Shown: in pieces, positions 1 through 9,333 of the stretch
How the letters are laid out: each line of letters starts with the position of its first letter
How positions within the stretch are numbered: the first letter of the stretch is position 1
Assembly (NCBI GenBank): GCA_964540695.1
Contig: CAZINS010000001.1
Location: 156,826 to 220,825, forward strand
DNA from: an uncultured Gammaproteobacteria bacterium
GTDB lineage: Bacteria > Patescibacteriota > Patescibacteriia > S139-126
Direction: 5' to 3'
Length of the DNA: 64,000 bases
Made by a program: the position numbers and the translations under genes
Notes under the pieces: model-generated
Database searches by the model: none
What the model saw: the letters and a program-made list of their open reading frames with translations, nothing else
What the model was told of the DNA's origin: nothing

Positions 1-995
1 AGAATAATTGCTACTGGTATTGATATAATAGCTCCCACAGGGCCACCAATTTTAGCTCCAATTAAAATAGATAAAATTACAATTACTGGATTTAGTCCCA
101 CTGCCTTAGACATAATTTTTGGAGTTAAAAAACTATTTTCCATTTGCTGAATAAGAAAATAAATCAAAATAGTTACCACTCCAGTCCAAGGAGACATAGT
201 AAAACCAATTAAAACACCGGGGATAGCTCCCAAGAAAGGACCAACATAAGGAATAATTTCAGTAATTGCAGCAATTAAAGCCAAAACAAAAGCATATTTT
301 ATACCTAAAATTTTTAAACCTATGTAAACCAATAAACCAACGGCAAAACTAAGAATTATCTGGCCACGTAACCATTGCCCCATTCGTAAAGAAATACGAT
401 CCATTAATTCAACTAAATAAGTTTGATATCTTTTGGGACTAATTGAAGTAATAAATTTTTTAGTATTATCTTCTTCAATTATCATATAAAAAGTCATGAC
501 CAAAACGGAAAACAAAGAAATAATAGCCCCAAAAAATCCACCTACAAAAGTCAATACACTACCTGAACTCTTACCTAAATCAGTTTGCCAACCTGATAAA
601 GCCATTTTTATATTATTAATCATTTCAAAACCTACTGCTGTCGACCTAACATTAATTAACCATTGAGTAAACTGATTAATAAAATTTGGTAAATTTTTAA
701 TTAATTCATTGGTCTGTTCTATCACTACCGGTACCATTAAACCAATCGCTAAAGAAAAAATGCTTAAGATAACAATAAAAATACCTAAAATACTAATTGA
801 TCTAGGAATTTTTTTTGTTTGAAACCAATCTACCCAAGGATCAAAAGCAGCAGCAAGTACTAAAGCAATTAATAACAAAAATAAGATATCGCGCACAATC
901 CAAACAAAACCTAAAATTAAAAGTACTGTTATAACTTTAAAAAAGGTCAAAGTAGAAACTGTCACCGTAATTGGTTGTTTGTTTTCTCCGCTCAT
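1..995 (-). CDS. AI-2E family transporter (PerM-like), 3' end runs off the window
   Basis: Not in the ORF track. Manual translation from ATG at 995 (MSGENKQPITVTV...) gives a multi-TM protein with IPYVGPFLG, IQQMENSFLTPKIMSKAVGLNP and GGPVGAIISIP, typical of the AI-2E C-terminal half. Confidence 0.85.
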   Translation of the reverse strand, partial: MSGENKQPITVTVSTLTFFKVITVLLILGFVWIVRDILFLLLIALVLAAAFDPWVDWFQTKKIPRSISILGIFIVILSIFSLAIGLMVPVVIEQTNELIKNLPNFINQFTQWLINVRSTAVGFEMINNIKMALSGWQTDLGKSSGSVLTFVGGFFGAIISLFSVLVMTFYMIIEEDNTKKFITSISPKRYQTYLVELMDRISLRMGQWLRGQIILSFAVGLLVYIGLKILGIKYAFVLALIAAITEIIPYVGPFLGAIPGVLIGFTMSPWTGVVTILIYFLIQQMENSFLTPKIMSKAVGLNPVIVILSILIGAKIGGPVGAIISIPVAII

Positions 996-1005
996 ATAAT
1001 TTAAA

Positions 1006-2277
1006 TTAAAAACTTAAAAATTTATTTAAATTTTTTTTATCAATCGCATCACCAATAATTGCTAGATTTAATTTTTTTGTATTAATTGTTTGTTGTAAAG
1101 CTGCTTGGACATCTTGTAATTTTACTGTTTCCAGTCGAGTTAAATATTTTTCTGGAGTTTCAATTTTCTGTCCACTCAACCAACGATCTGCATACCACTG
1201 TGCTATTTGTGAGCTATCTTCCAAAGCCAAAACTGTTTTGCCCCGAATAAAATCTTTGGCTTTTATAAATTCACTATTAGTTATACCTTGAGATTTAATT
1301 TTCTTATATTCTTTAACAATTAAACCAATTGCTTTTTGCAATCTGGTTTTATCAAGTCCAGCATAAACTACTAAACTTCCGGTATCATAATAAGTGTTTA
1401 CTCGAGAACGCACATAATAACACAAACCCTGCCTTTCTCTAATATTGATAAATAACCGTGAACTCATATTTCCTCCAAAAGCAACATTGGCAATTTTTAA
1501 AGGTAAAGTAGTGGCGCTCCGGTGATTAATATTAGCAACAAAACCAAGTGCCAAATGCATTTGTTCTGTCTTTTTTTCTTTCAATAAAATCTTGGGTTTA
1601 TTTTGCTTTATTTTTACTTTATTAGCTTGTCCAACTTTACCTTTTTTTGTTTGTCTAAACAATTTAGCAATATATTTTTGTGCTGATAGTTGATCTACTT
1701 TCCCGGCAATTACTACCAACATATTAGCAGCTGTGTAGTAACGCTCAATAAATTTAACAAAATCTTTTCTGGAAAATGAATTAACTGTTTCCTTGGTACC
1801 AGCTATATTCCTACCCAATTGACTTTCGGGATAGGCACAAGCATCAAATTCATCTTCCAACATCATCATGGGAGCATCTTCATACATATTTATTTCTTCA
1901 ACAATCACTCCTTTTTCCCTTTCAATTTCTTGTTCAGCTAACAAAGAATTATTCAACATATCAGCTAATATATCTAAAGTAAAAAATAAATGTTTGGCGT
2001 CGGCTTTAATATAATAACCAGTATACTCTTTACCAGTAAAAGCATTAAAATCAGCACCAATACTATCTAATTCTCTGGATATTAACAAAGTTGATGGCCG
2101 ACTTTTTGTACCTTTGAACATTAAATGTTCTGTAAAATGAGCTATGCCATTGTATTTACTTGGCTCAAAACGTGAACCAACTTTAACTGCTACTAAGACA
2201 GTCGTGGCATTAGTACCAATTTGTGGACTAATAATAGACGTTAGCCCGTTTTTATATTTATAAGTATAAAACATCAA
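1006..2277 (-). CDS. M16 (pitrilysin) family zinc peptidase
   Basis: Inverted zincin HFTEH in GIAHFTEHLMFKGT; NAFT motif; GGNMSSRLF and RERQGLCY. Confidence 0.92.
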   Translation of the reverse strand: MMFYTYKYKNGLTSIISPQIGTNATTVLVAVKVGSRFEPSKYNGIAHFTEHLMFKGTKSRPSTLLISRELDSIGADFNAFTGKEYTGYYIKADAKHLFFTLDILADMLNNSLLAEQEIEREKGVIVEEINMYEDAPMMMLEDEFDACAYPESQLGRNIAGTKETVNSFSRKDFVKFIERYYTAANMLVVIAGKVDQLSAQKYIAKLFRQTKKGKVGQANKVKIKQNKPKILLKEKKTEQMHLALGFVANINHRSATTLPLKIANVAFGGNMSSRLFINIRERQGLCYYVRSRVNTYYDTGSLVVYAGLDKTRLQKAIGLIVKEYKKIKSQGITNSEFIKAKDFIRGKTVLALEDSSQIAQWYADRWLSGQKIETPEKYLTRLETVKLQDVQAALQQTINTKKLNLAIIGDAIDKKNLNKFLSF

Positions 2278-3671
2278 TTAAACTTAGTTTTAAAATAATT
2301 TTCTAAATCTCCAATCGCCACTCTGGTTTGTTGCATGGTATCCCGATCTCTAACTGTTACCGCTTGATCATTAGCTGTAGCAAAATCAATGGTAATACAA
2401 TATGGTGTACCAATTTCATCTTGTCGGCGATAACGTCTACCAATTGAACCAGTTTCGTCGTATTGCACAGTATAAATTGAACTTAAATTCCTAGCAATAT
2501 TTTGAGCTGTAACCAATAATGGTTCTTTCTTAGCTAATGGTAGAATAGCTATTTTTATTGGCGCTAATTCATAAGGTAATTTCAAAACCACTTCGGTTTC
2601 TTTGGTTGCTTCTGTTGTAGTAGTACGACCACCTGTCACTTCAGTATAGGCTTCAAGTAAAACCACTAAAAAAGAACGATCGACTCCCAACGAAGGTTCA
2701 ATAATATGAGGAATAAACTTTTCTTTACTGACTGGATCAGTATATTCTAAATTTTGTCCACTGAATTTTTGATGTTGTTTTAAATCATAATCAGTCCGAT
2801 AAGCCAGCCCATAAAGTTCTTTACGCCCAAAAGGATATTCATATTCAAAATCTATTGTCCGTTGTGAATAAAAAGCTCGGTCACTCCTCTCGATTTCTTT
2901 TAAATATAAATTTTTTTCTTTAATTCCTAAAAATTTACACCAGGTTTTCATTAGCTCCAGCCAATCATTAAAATATTTTTCCCATTCTTTTGGATTTACA
3001 AAATATTCTACTTCCATTTGTTCAAATTCGCGGGTACGGAATATGAAATTTTCTACGGTTATTTCATTCCGAAAAGCTTTACCAATTTGACCAATTCCAA
3101 AGGGAATACGCATCCGCATACTATCAACTACATTTTTAAAATTTACAAATATACCACCTGCTGTTTCTGGTCTAAGATAAACTTTTCCCGCTGCTTCCTC
3201 CACCGGACCCATAAAAGTCTGAAACATCAAATTAAACTGTCTAACTTCAGTTAAATCACCCCCGCAGTCAGGACACTGGTAATCAGCAACAAAAAAAGGT
3301 TTCTCTTTATCATAGCCGGGACTTTTAGGATTAGCTGGCAATAAATGATCAGCTCTAAATCTTTTTTTACATTTTTTGCAATCTATCAAAGGATCAGTAA
3401 AATTCTGCACATGACCCGATGCTTCCCATACTTTGGGATGCATAATAATAGCAGCATCAAGACCAACCATATCAAGTTTATTTTGTACAAAAAATTTCCA
3501 CCAAGCACGTTTAATATTATTTTTCAATTCTACTCCCAAAGGACCATAGTCATAAGCGGCTTGCAAACCACCATATATATCTGAAGAAGGAAAAATAAAA
3601 CCGCGGCGCTTTAGTAAAGCCACCACTTTTTCCATCTTATTTTGTTTATCTTGATTTGTCATTTTTTCCAT
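2274..3671 (-). CDS. glyS: Glycine--tRNA ligase, homodimeric alpha2 type
   Basis: YDYGPLG, WEASGH, LRPETA, GKAFRNEIT, FRTREFEQME, IEPSLGVDR, GSIGRRYRRQDEIGTPYC. Confidence 0.96.
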   Translation of the reverse strand: MEKMTNQDKQNKMEKVVALLKRRGFIFPSSDIYGGLQAAYDYGPLGVELKNNIKRAWWKFFVQNKLDMVGLDAAIIMHPKVWEASGHVQNFTDPLIDCKKCKKRFRADHLLPANPKSPGYDKEKPFFVADYQCPDCGGDLTEVRQFNLMFQTFMGPVEEAAGKVYLRPETAGGIFVNFKNVVDSMRMRIPFGIGQIGKAFRNEITVENFIFRTREFEQMEVEYFVNPKEWEKYFNDWLELMKTWCKFLGIKEKNLYLKEIERSDRAFYSQRTIDFEYEYPFGRKELYGLAYRTDYDLKQHQKFSGQNLEYTDPVSKEKFIPHIIEPSLGVDRSFLVVLLEAYTEVTGGRTTTTEATKETEVVLKLPYELAPIKIAILPLAKKEPLLVTAQNIARNLSSIYTVQYDETGSIGRRYRRQDEIGTPYCITIDFATANDQAVTVRDRDTMQQTRVAIGDLENYFKTKFN

Positions 3672-3724
3672 AAATCTAACTAATTATAATAATATTTTAG
3701 GTTTTTAGCAAATTTAATAAAAAA

Positions 3725-3745
3725 TAGCCACTGGAGCAGTGGCTA
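3725..3745 (-). terminator. Intrinsic terminator at the end of orphan 3743-4291
   Basis: TAGCCACTG-GAG-CAGTGGCTA hairpin with an A-run on its left (U-tail on minus strand). Confidence 0.65.
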
Positions 3746-4291
3746 AGCTTTGGCACCTAATTTTAATTGCTGCCAATTAAAATATTTTTTTATTTCTTCT
3801 GGTAACAATTTATAGTTGGATTGGGCTTTCAACCAAACAGAGGTTTTTTTATACCAACGGGAAAAATTTCTTTGTTTAATAAAACTAATTAATTTTCTAT
3901 ATATTGCATTGACCATTCTCACCTCACCCGATAAACCAAATTCACTGATAATAAAAAAATTATTAACTAATTTCTGTTCTTGTTTTTTTGTAAACAAAAA
4001 ATCTTGATAATTCATAAAATAAACAATTTCAAAATTTTTCTTATTGGGCTGCAAGACTCCTCTTCTCGTCTGTCTATATTGAGGTACTAAGTCTAAAACT
4101 TTATTCAATCCATATTTACTTGGTTGATTAGTAACATCGACAATGAAGTAAGTAATAATAGTATTCATAAATACTGCTAAAATCTTTTGTTCGTCTTGAT
4201 AGTCAACAAACTTATTTTTAGGAAATTTTAATACTTTTTTTAAATCAGCTAAAGAAAACATTTTTCTAATGTAACTTTCATTTGTTTTCAT
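3743..4291 (-). CDS. Hypothetical (orphan-like) protein, 182 aa
   Basis: ORF with strong AAGGAG upstream and a terminator at its end; no motif recognised. Confidence 0.65.
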   Translation of the reverse strand: MKTNESYIRKMFSLADLKKVLKFPKNKFVDYQDEQKILAVFMNTIITYFIVDVTNQPSKYGLNKVLDLVPQYRQTRRGVLQPNKKNFEIVYFMNYQDFLFTKKQEQKLVNNFFIISEFGLSGEVRMVNAIYRKLISFIKQRNFSRWYKKTSVWLKAQSNYKLLPEEIKKYFNWQQLKLGAKA

Positions 4292-4543
4292 AATCTTTTC
4301 TCCTTAAAGATATTGATAAATTTTTGGGTAAATATAAAACTTTTTTATGACCTGCATAAAATAAAAAACATTGTATATAGTATTGGTAAACTACCACTTG
4401 GGCAGTTAATTCCTACTTAACACCAGTTTATAAATCTTGGCGGCAATTATCACTGGTTTAAATTTTCAATGTGCTGTTCTAGAATTAATTCTAACTTCTT
4501 TCTATAACGTACATTATCATTTTATTCTCCTTATTTTTTTGCC

Positions 4544-4572
4544 ACTCTAACATGTTTTTTTTATTTAGTCAA
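4544..4572 (-). promoter_or_regulatory. sigma70-type promoter TTGACT-17-TAGAGT with extended -10 TG
   Basis: Minus strand reads ttgact aaataaaaaaaacatgt tagagt. Confidence 0.55.
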
Positions 4573-4600
4573 TTATACTTAACTTGATAAAAATAAATTT

Positions 4601-4629
4601 AAAAACTCCGAAATTATTTCGGAGTTTTG
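4601..4629 (-). terminator. Intrinsic terminator after the helicase gene
   Basis: AAAACTCCGAAA-TTA-TTTCGGAGTTTT inverted repeat directly after the stop. Confidence 0.75.
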
Positions 4630-4630
4630 T

Positions 4631-6571
4631 TTAATTTATAGGGATAATTCCCTGCTTTTCAGTAAGATTAGAAACAAAAATATTCACTAATTTTTCTTGC
4701 CAAAAATTTTCCACTATTACTCTACCAGAAACAATAACTTTTTTACCCTCTAATTCTTTTAATTTTTTTATTTCTTCAATATTGTCTACTGGTAAAATCT
4801 GTTCTACATTGACAGTTTCATCATCTTTTAATGCCCGACCAAGGAATTTATAAGCCACCAATCTACTATTTTTGATAATTTCTATTAGTGTCACTTCTTG
4901 CATTAGAAATATATCTCTAATAATAGTATTGTGGCTAGCAATTAATTTTTTCTTGGGTTTATCTAAATCAACGTTATGTTGTTTGGTTTTTTTATTTGGT
5001 ACATAAACATCAGGTATGATTTTTATTTGTTTATACATTTGTTCACGTTTAGCTTCATTGGCATAATGCATTGCTTGATCAAATTGAGAAAACAATAAAT
5101 GCCATACTCTGCCTGGATTCTCACGCCCGACACGACCTTCAGCATTGGCTAAAAAATTAGGCGTATTGGGTTGACCGTACATCACTAAATTTTGTAAATT
5201 TTTTAAATGTAACCCTTCACTACCAACTGAAGAAATTTGCAAAACACCATCATTACGTTGATTGAATTCTTGTCTAACTTTTTTTCTATCCTTGGTATGC
5301 TGTAAATTGATATGACTTTTACCAATTAAAAGACTATTATCACTTCCCCAACTAGTTAAATAGTGACTGGCTATCTGTAACATCTCTATCGATGAATGAT
5401 AAATGGCTGTTTGTTGAGTTGAAAATAATTCACGTAACTCTTGTAATCGTAGTAATTTGGGATGTAATTTTTTTGGAATTTTTAAAATTTCGTCCCAACC
5501 ACTATAATGTTTGATGTCTTGATATAACTGTTTATTCTCTTTGGCTAACCTATTACCTGCCTTACTACCATCTTGAGCTAATCTATCATAATAAGAAAAA
5601 AACATTTCAAAAGAGTTTTGAAAAAGTTGTCTCATAAGGTGCAACATCTTTTGTACGCAGGCAAAATTATGTGATGCTCTTAAACCTTGTAAATTATCAA
5701 CTTCTTTCAACTCATTTATTTTACCAAGAATATCTTCGGTATCTTTTTGTGACAATAATCTAAATTTCTTTGGTAATAAATCTTCTAAATTAGCTTGATA
5801 AAAATTGTCAGTTAAATTGTTGTAATACATACCAGTACGATCAAACATTTGTTTCCATGTTTGTTCCCACCACTCATCAAAGGAAATATCAGCCATAATT
5901 CTTTCCATTGGTTGTTGCCAAGCCAGTTGTTCAGCTTGAGATGTTGTCCACCAACCACCGTGTAAACATAAAGCTTTAGCTGATTGTTCTCGGTCTGATA
6001 TAGTCCCGGGAACTGCTGTTTGAGCAATAATTTTGCCATAAGGATGACAACGAGCTGTTATGTCAGTGTAAGGAAATTTTTTTATCCCGTGATGAGCTTC
6101 ATCAATAATAATCAATTGAAAATAATTTGGGGAAATAATTTTTCTGGCTAAATCATTAGCAACATTATGCGGAGTAGAAATATAAACATGACAATTTTCT
6201 TTTTGCCACCATTCTTGACGTTTAACCTTATTGACACCTGCTAGTAAAACTATTTCATCATTGGAAAAATTATAATAATTTTGAAAATCTTGATAAATTT
6301 GTGCATTTAATTCTTCAGTTGGTGCTGTCACTAAAATTTTTTTCCAATCTTTATTTAAATAGTGATCTACTAACAATAAATCAATAATGGTTTTTCCAAA
6401 AGATGTTAAACAAACAAAACCATAATTTTTTTCATCTCTGGTTAACCAATGGACAATTTTTTCTTGAGTGGCACGCGGTTCAAGATTTTTGATTCGCTTA
6501 GATAAAGCTATGGCGAACATATCTGGAGTACCAGACAATAAAGCTTGGCGATATTTAGTTCTTTTGGCCAT
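4631..6571 (-). CDS. Divergent SF2 DEAH helicase, Hef/FANCM/Mph1-like, no ERCC4 nuclease motif seen
   Basis: Motif I LTSFGKT, Ia APTEELNAQ, Ib STPHNVANDL, II DEAHH, III TAVPG, V SVGSEGL, VI EGRVGR; helical insertion between the RecA folds as in Hef. Confidence 0.75.
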   Translation of the reverse strand: MAKRTKYRQALLSGTPDMFAIALSKRIKNLEPRATQEKIVHWLTRDEKNYGFVCLTSFGKTIIDLLLVDHYLNKDWKKILVTAPTEELNAQIYQDFQNYYNFSNDEIVLLAGVNKVKRQEWWQKENCHVYISTPHNVANDLARKIISPNYFQLIIIDEAHHGIKKFPYTDITARCHPYGKIIAQTAVPGTISDREQSAKALCLHGGWWTTSQAEQLAWQQPMERIMADISFDEWWEQTWKQMFDRTGMYYNNLTDNFYQANLEDLLPKKFRLLSQKDTEDILGKINELKEVDNLQGLRASHNFACVQKMLHLMRQLFQNSFEMFFSYYDRLAQDGSKAGNRLAKENKQLYQDIKHYSGWDEILKIPKKLHPKLLRLQELRELFSTQQTAIYHSSIEMLQIASHYLTSWGSDNSLLIGKSHINLQHTKDRKKVRQEFNQRNDGVLQISSVGSEGLHLKNLQNLVMYGQPNTPNFLANAEGRVGRENPGRVWHLLFSQFDQAMHYANEAKREQMYKQIKIIPDVYVPNKKTKQHNVDLDKPKKKLIASHNTIIRDIFLMQEVTLIEIIKNSRLVAYKFLGRALKDDETVNVEQILPVDNIEEIKKLKELEGKKVIVSGRVIVENFWQEKLVNIFVSNLTEKQGIIPIN

Positions 6572-6671
6572 TTCCTATTCTCCTTATTTTTATTTTAAAG
6601 TACAAAATTAATATAATAGTTTATAACAATTTTTTAGCTCCCGTCAAATAAGATTATGCTATAATTAAGCT

Positions 6672-7160
6672 ATGAGAAATAAAGGCTTTTCTTTAATTGA
6701 AATTTTAATATCCATTGCTATTATTGGATTAATTGGCACCATTACTTTGGTGGCCTTAGGAGGAGTTAGAGAAAAATCACGTGATACTAAAAGAAAAAAC
6801 GACATTGCTCAAATTGGCAGATTTCTGGCTTTATCTTGTTATGAGCCAACAAGCGGTACCGGAACTTATGATTTAGCCGACTTAATAGATGAAATTAAAA
6901 TAAAATTTCCTCAAGCTCAAAATTTTTTAACCCGGGCTCCCCGTGACCCAAAAATTGGCAACGATGAACAAACTTTTTATTTTTATCAATACAGAGCCAT
7001 AGATAAAAAATGTGCGCTTTATGCCAATCTGGAAAACCAGGACGAACCTATTACTTTGCCAAATTTAAACTCCCCCACACCTGGTGGTGGACAAGGTGTA
7101 CTCCAAGCTACTACCAATGGCCCTAACAATACAAACATCTATTTTCAATACTCAAATTAA
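6672..7160 (+). CDS. Type IV pilin / GspG-like prepilin
   Basis: Class III signal KGFSLIE plus hydrophobic helix, then KSRDTKRKNDI and PRDPK. Confidence 0.88.
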   Translation: MRNKGFSLIEILISIAIIGLIGTITLVALGGVREKSRDTKRKNDIAQIGRFLALSCYEPTSGTGTYDLADLIDEIKIKFPQAQNFLTRAPRDPKIGNDEQTFYFYQYRAIDKKCALYANLENQDEPITLPNLNSPTPGGGQGVLQATTNGPNNTNIYFQYSN

Positions 7161-7187
7161 AAACAGCTCTTTGTCCAGAGCTGTTTT
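7160..7187. terminator. Bidirectional terminator between the pilin gene and rarA
   Basis: AAAACAGCTCT-TTGTCC-AGAGCTGTTTTT between convergent stops. Confidence 0.8.
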
Positions 7188-8315
7188 TTAGTTTAAATAT
7201 TTTTTTCCTTTTATCTCATCTGGCAAATAATCTTCTTCATCATAATTTTTATAGTCTTGGCCATATTTTAATTTTTTCATTAGTTTAGTTGGTGCATTCC
7301 TTATTTTTAAGGGTACGGGTAAATTGCCATATTTTTTTACATCTTGAGTGGCCATCATTAAACCCTCATAGGCTCGACGATCTTTTTTACAAGTAGCTAA
7401 GTAAACTGCACCGTGAGCTAGATTGATAGCACATTCTGGTAATCCAATTATTTCCACAGCACGAAAAACTTCATTAGCTACCACCAAAGCAGTTGATTGA
7501 GATAATCCAATGTCTTCACTGGCAAAAATTACCATTCGTCTAGCAATAAATTTTGGATCCTCCCCAGCTTCAATCATTCGAGCTAAATAGTATAGCGCGG
7601 CATTGGGCTGTGAAGCCCTCATACTTTTTATAAAAGCACTAATAGTATTATAATGTTCTTCCCCTTGTTTATCATAACGTAAAAATTTTGATTGTAATGT
7701 ATTTTTTAAATTGGCTAGAGTAATTTTTTGATACAACTGGCGAGTATTTTCAATCATAGTAATAGCTTGTCGGGCATCACCATTGGCCATTTTAACCAAC
7801 CAAGCCATCTCTAATTTTCCCAATTTATAACCAGTGCGACTAATAATTTTAATCATATCTTTTTCATCAAGCTCATTTAAAACAAACACTCGACAACGTG
7901 AAAGTAGAGGTGCAATTACTTCGAAGCTGGGATTTTCGGTGGTGGCACCAATTAAAGTCAACTGCCCGCTTTCTACATAAGGCAATAAGAAATCTTGCTG
8001 TGATTTATTGAAACGATGAATTTCATCTAAAAATAAAACTTTAGGCTGGTCGGATGAATCTTCTTTAATAATTTTTCTTATATCTTCTTTGCCAGCCGAA
8101 ACGGCTGATAACTCATATAGTTTTGCGGATAGGGCTTGTACATAAATACGTGCCAAAGTAGTTTTACCTGTTCCGGGGGGACCCCAAAGAATAAAAGAAA
8201 ATAAATGCTTTTTTAAAATAGCCACCCGTAGGGGTTTGTTTTTACCCACTAAATGTTCTTGGCCACAAAATTCATCTAGATTGGTTGGTCTTATTTTGTC
8301 TGCTAATGGTTGCAT
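7188..8315 (-). CDS. rarA: Replication-associated recombination protein A (RarA/MgsA)
   Basis: MQPLADKIRP start (ATG 8315 preferred over 8357), WGPPGTGKTT, LDEIHRFNKSQQD, GATTENPSF, ISAFIKSMRAS, ASEDIG. Confidence 0.95.
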   Translation of the reverse strand: MQPLADKIRPTNLDEFCGQEHLVGKNKPLRVAILKKHLFSFILWGPPGTGKTTLARIYVQALSAKLYELSAVSAGKEDIRKIIKEDSSDQPKVLFLDEIHRFNKSQQDFLLPYVESGQLTLIGATTENPSFEVIAPLLSRCRVFVLNELDEKDMIKIISRTGYKLGKLEMAWLVKMANGDARQAITMIENTRQLYQKITLANLKNTLQSKFLRYDKQGEEHYNTISAFIKSMRASQPNAALYYLARMIEAGEDPKFIARRMVIFASEDIGLSQSTALVVANEVFRAVEIIGLPECAINLAHGAVYLATCKKDRRAYEGLMMATQDVKKYGNLPVPLKIRNAPTKLMKKLKYGQDYKNYDEEDYLPDEIKGKKYLN

Positions 8316-8349
8316 ACTAATATTGTACCTGGGCTGAAAAATAAAAAAA

Positions 8350-8375
8350 AGCGGCACAAAATTTTATGTGCCGAC
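8350..8375 (-). terminator. Terminator after orphan 8403-8723
   Basis: CGGCACA...TGTGCCG stem preceded by an A-run. Confidence 0.6.
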
Positions 8376-8402
8376 AATATATTAAATGACTGGGAGTATT
8401 GA

Positions 8403-8723
8403 TTACCCGAGTAGTAAATGAAAAGCAATTTTTTGCTGTTGTTCTTTTATTTTAATACCTAATGATTGACTGGCGTCAACCAATCTATCTAACAATTCTT
8501 TACCTTTCTTTAGACAATCATACATTTCCCCTTCTTCGGTTTTTTTAACTGCAATGCTATGCATATCATCAGCTACACTGGTAATCAGTTCAGCTAATAC
8601 AGGTTCAGATAAAGGTATTGGTAAAAAATTATTCCAGATATTTTTTGGTATTTCGGTTATTTTCATATAACCTAACAAAATTTCCTCCGGTAATTTTTCC
8701 AGCAGACTAGCTATGGTTAACAT
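8403..8723 (-). CDS. Hypothetical (orphan-like) protein, 106 aa
   Basis: AAGGAG SD, upstream promoter and downstream terminator; no motif recognised. Confidence 0.65.
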   Translation of the reverse strand: MLTIASLLEKLPEEILLGYMKITEIPKNIWNNFLPIPLSEPVLAELITSVADDMHSIAVKKTEEGEMYDCLKKGKELLDRLVDASQSLGIKIKEQQQKIAFHLLLG

Positions 8724-8831
8724 ATCTAACTCCTTTTATTTATGATTTAAAAGTTCATTTAATTAATTATTATAATTAAATTGGCAAAAAAGTCAATGAC
8801 ATGATTCTTGTAATTTGTTATAATAAAATCA

Positions 8832-9329
8832 ATGAAAAAAACTTCTGTAAAAACTAAAAAATTGAAAGTCGGTTGGTTTACGTTTAGTTGTTGTGAAGAT
8901 AGTACTGTACTTTTTACTGAATTATTAAACGATCACTGGCAAGACTGGCTACCTTATTTGGATTTCAAACATGCTAAAGTATTAAAATCAAAAAACGAAT
9001 TAACTGAAATGGATGTGGTTTTTGTGGAAGGTGCTATTGCTTCTGAAGCCAAAGCCAAAGAACTAAAAAAAATCAGAGCTAAGGCTAAAATCTTAGTAGC
9101 TGTTGGCGCTTGTGCGGTAACTGGCATGCCTTCAGCTCAACGTAATGAATTCCCTGAAGAAGTTAGACAAGAAATAGATTTTTTACTTACTAAATTCAAC
9201 TACGGAGAAAAAGTAAAAAAACTCGAAGAAATAGTCACGGTTGATGCTAAAGTACCGGGGTGCCCGATGAATGAACAAAAATTCGTGGAACTAATGGAAC
9301 AAATGTTTAAACAATTTAACATCAAATGA
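8832..9329 (+). CDS. [NiFe]-hydrogenase small subunit, short (proximal-cluster domain only)
   Basis: SCCEDS, DVVFVEGAI, VAVGACAVTG and VPGCP motifs of the NuoB/hydrogenase small subunit fold; adjacent to the large subunit. Confidence 0.85.
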   Translation: MKKTSVKTKKLKVGWFTFSCCEDSTVLFTELLNDHWQDWLPYLDFKHAKVLKSKNELTEMDVVFVEGAIASEAKAKELKKIRAKAKILVAVGACAVTGMPSAQRNEFPEEVRQEIDFLLTKFNYGEKVKKLEEIVTVDAKVPGCPMNEQKFVELMEQMFKQFNIK

Positions 9330-9333
9330 TTTT

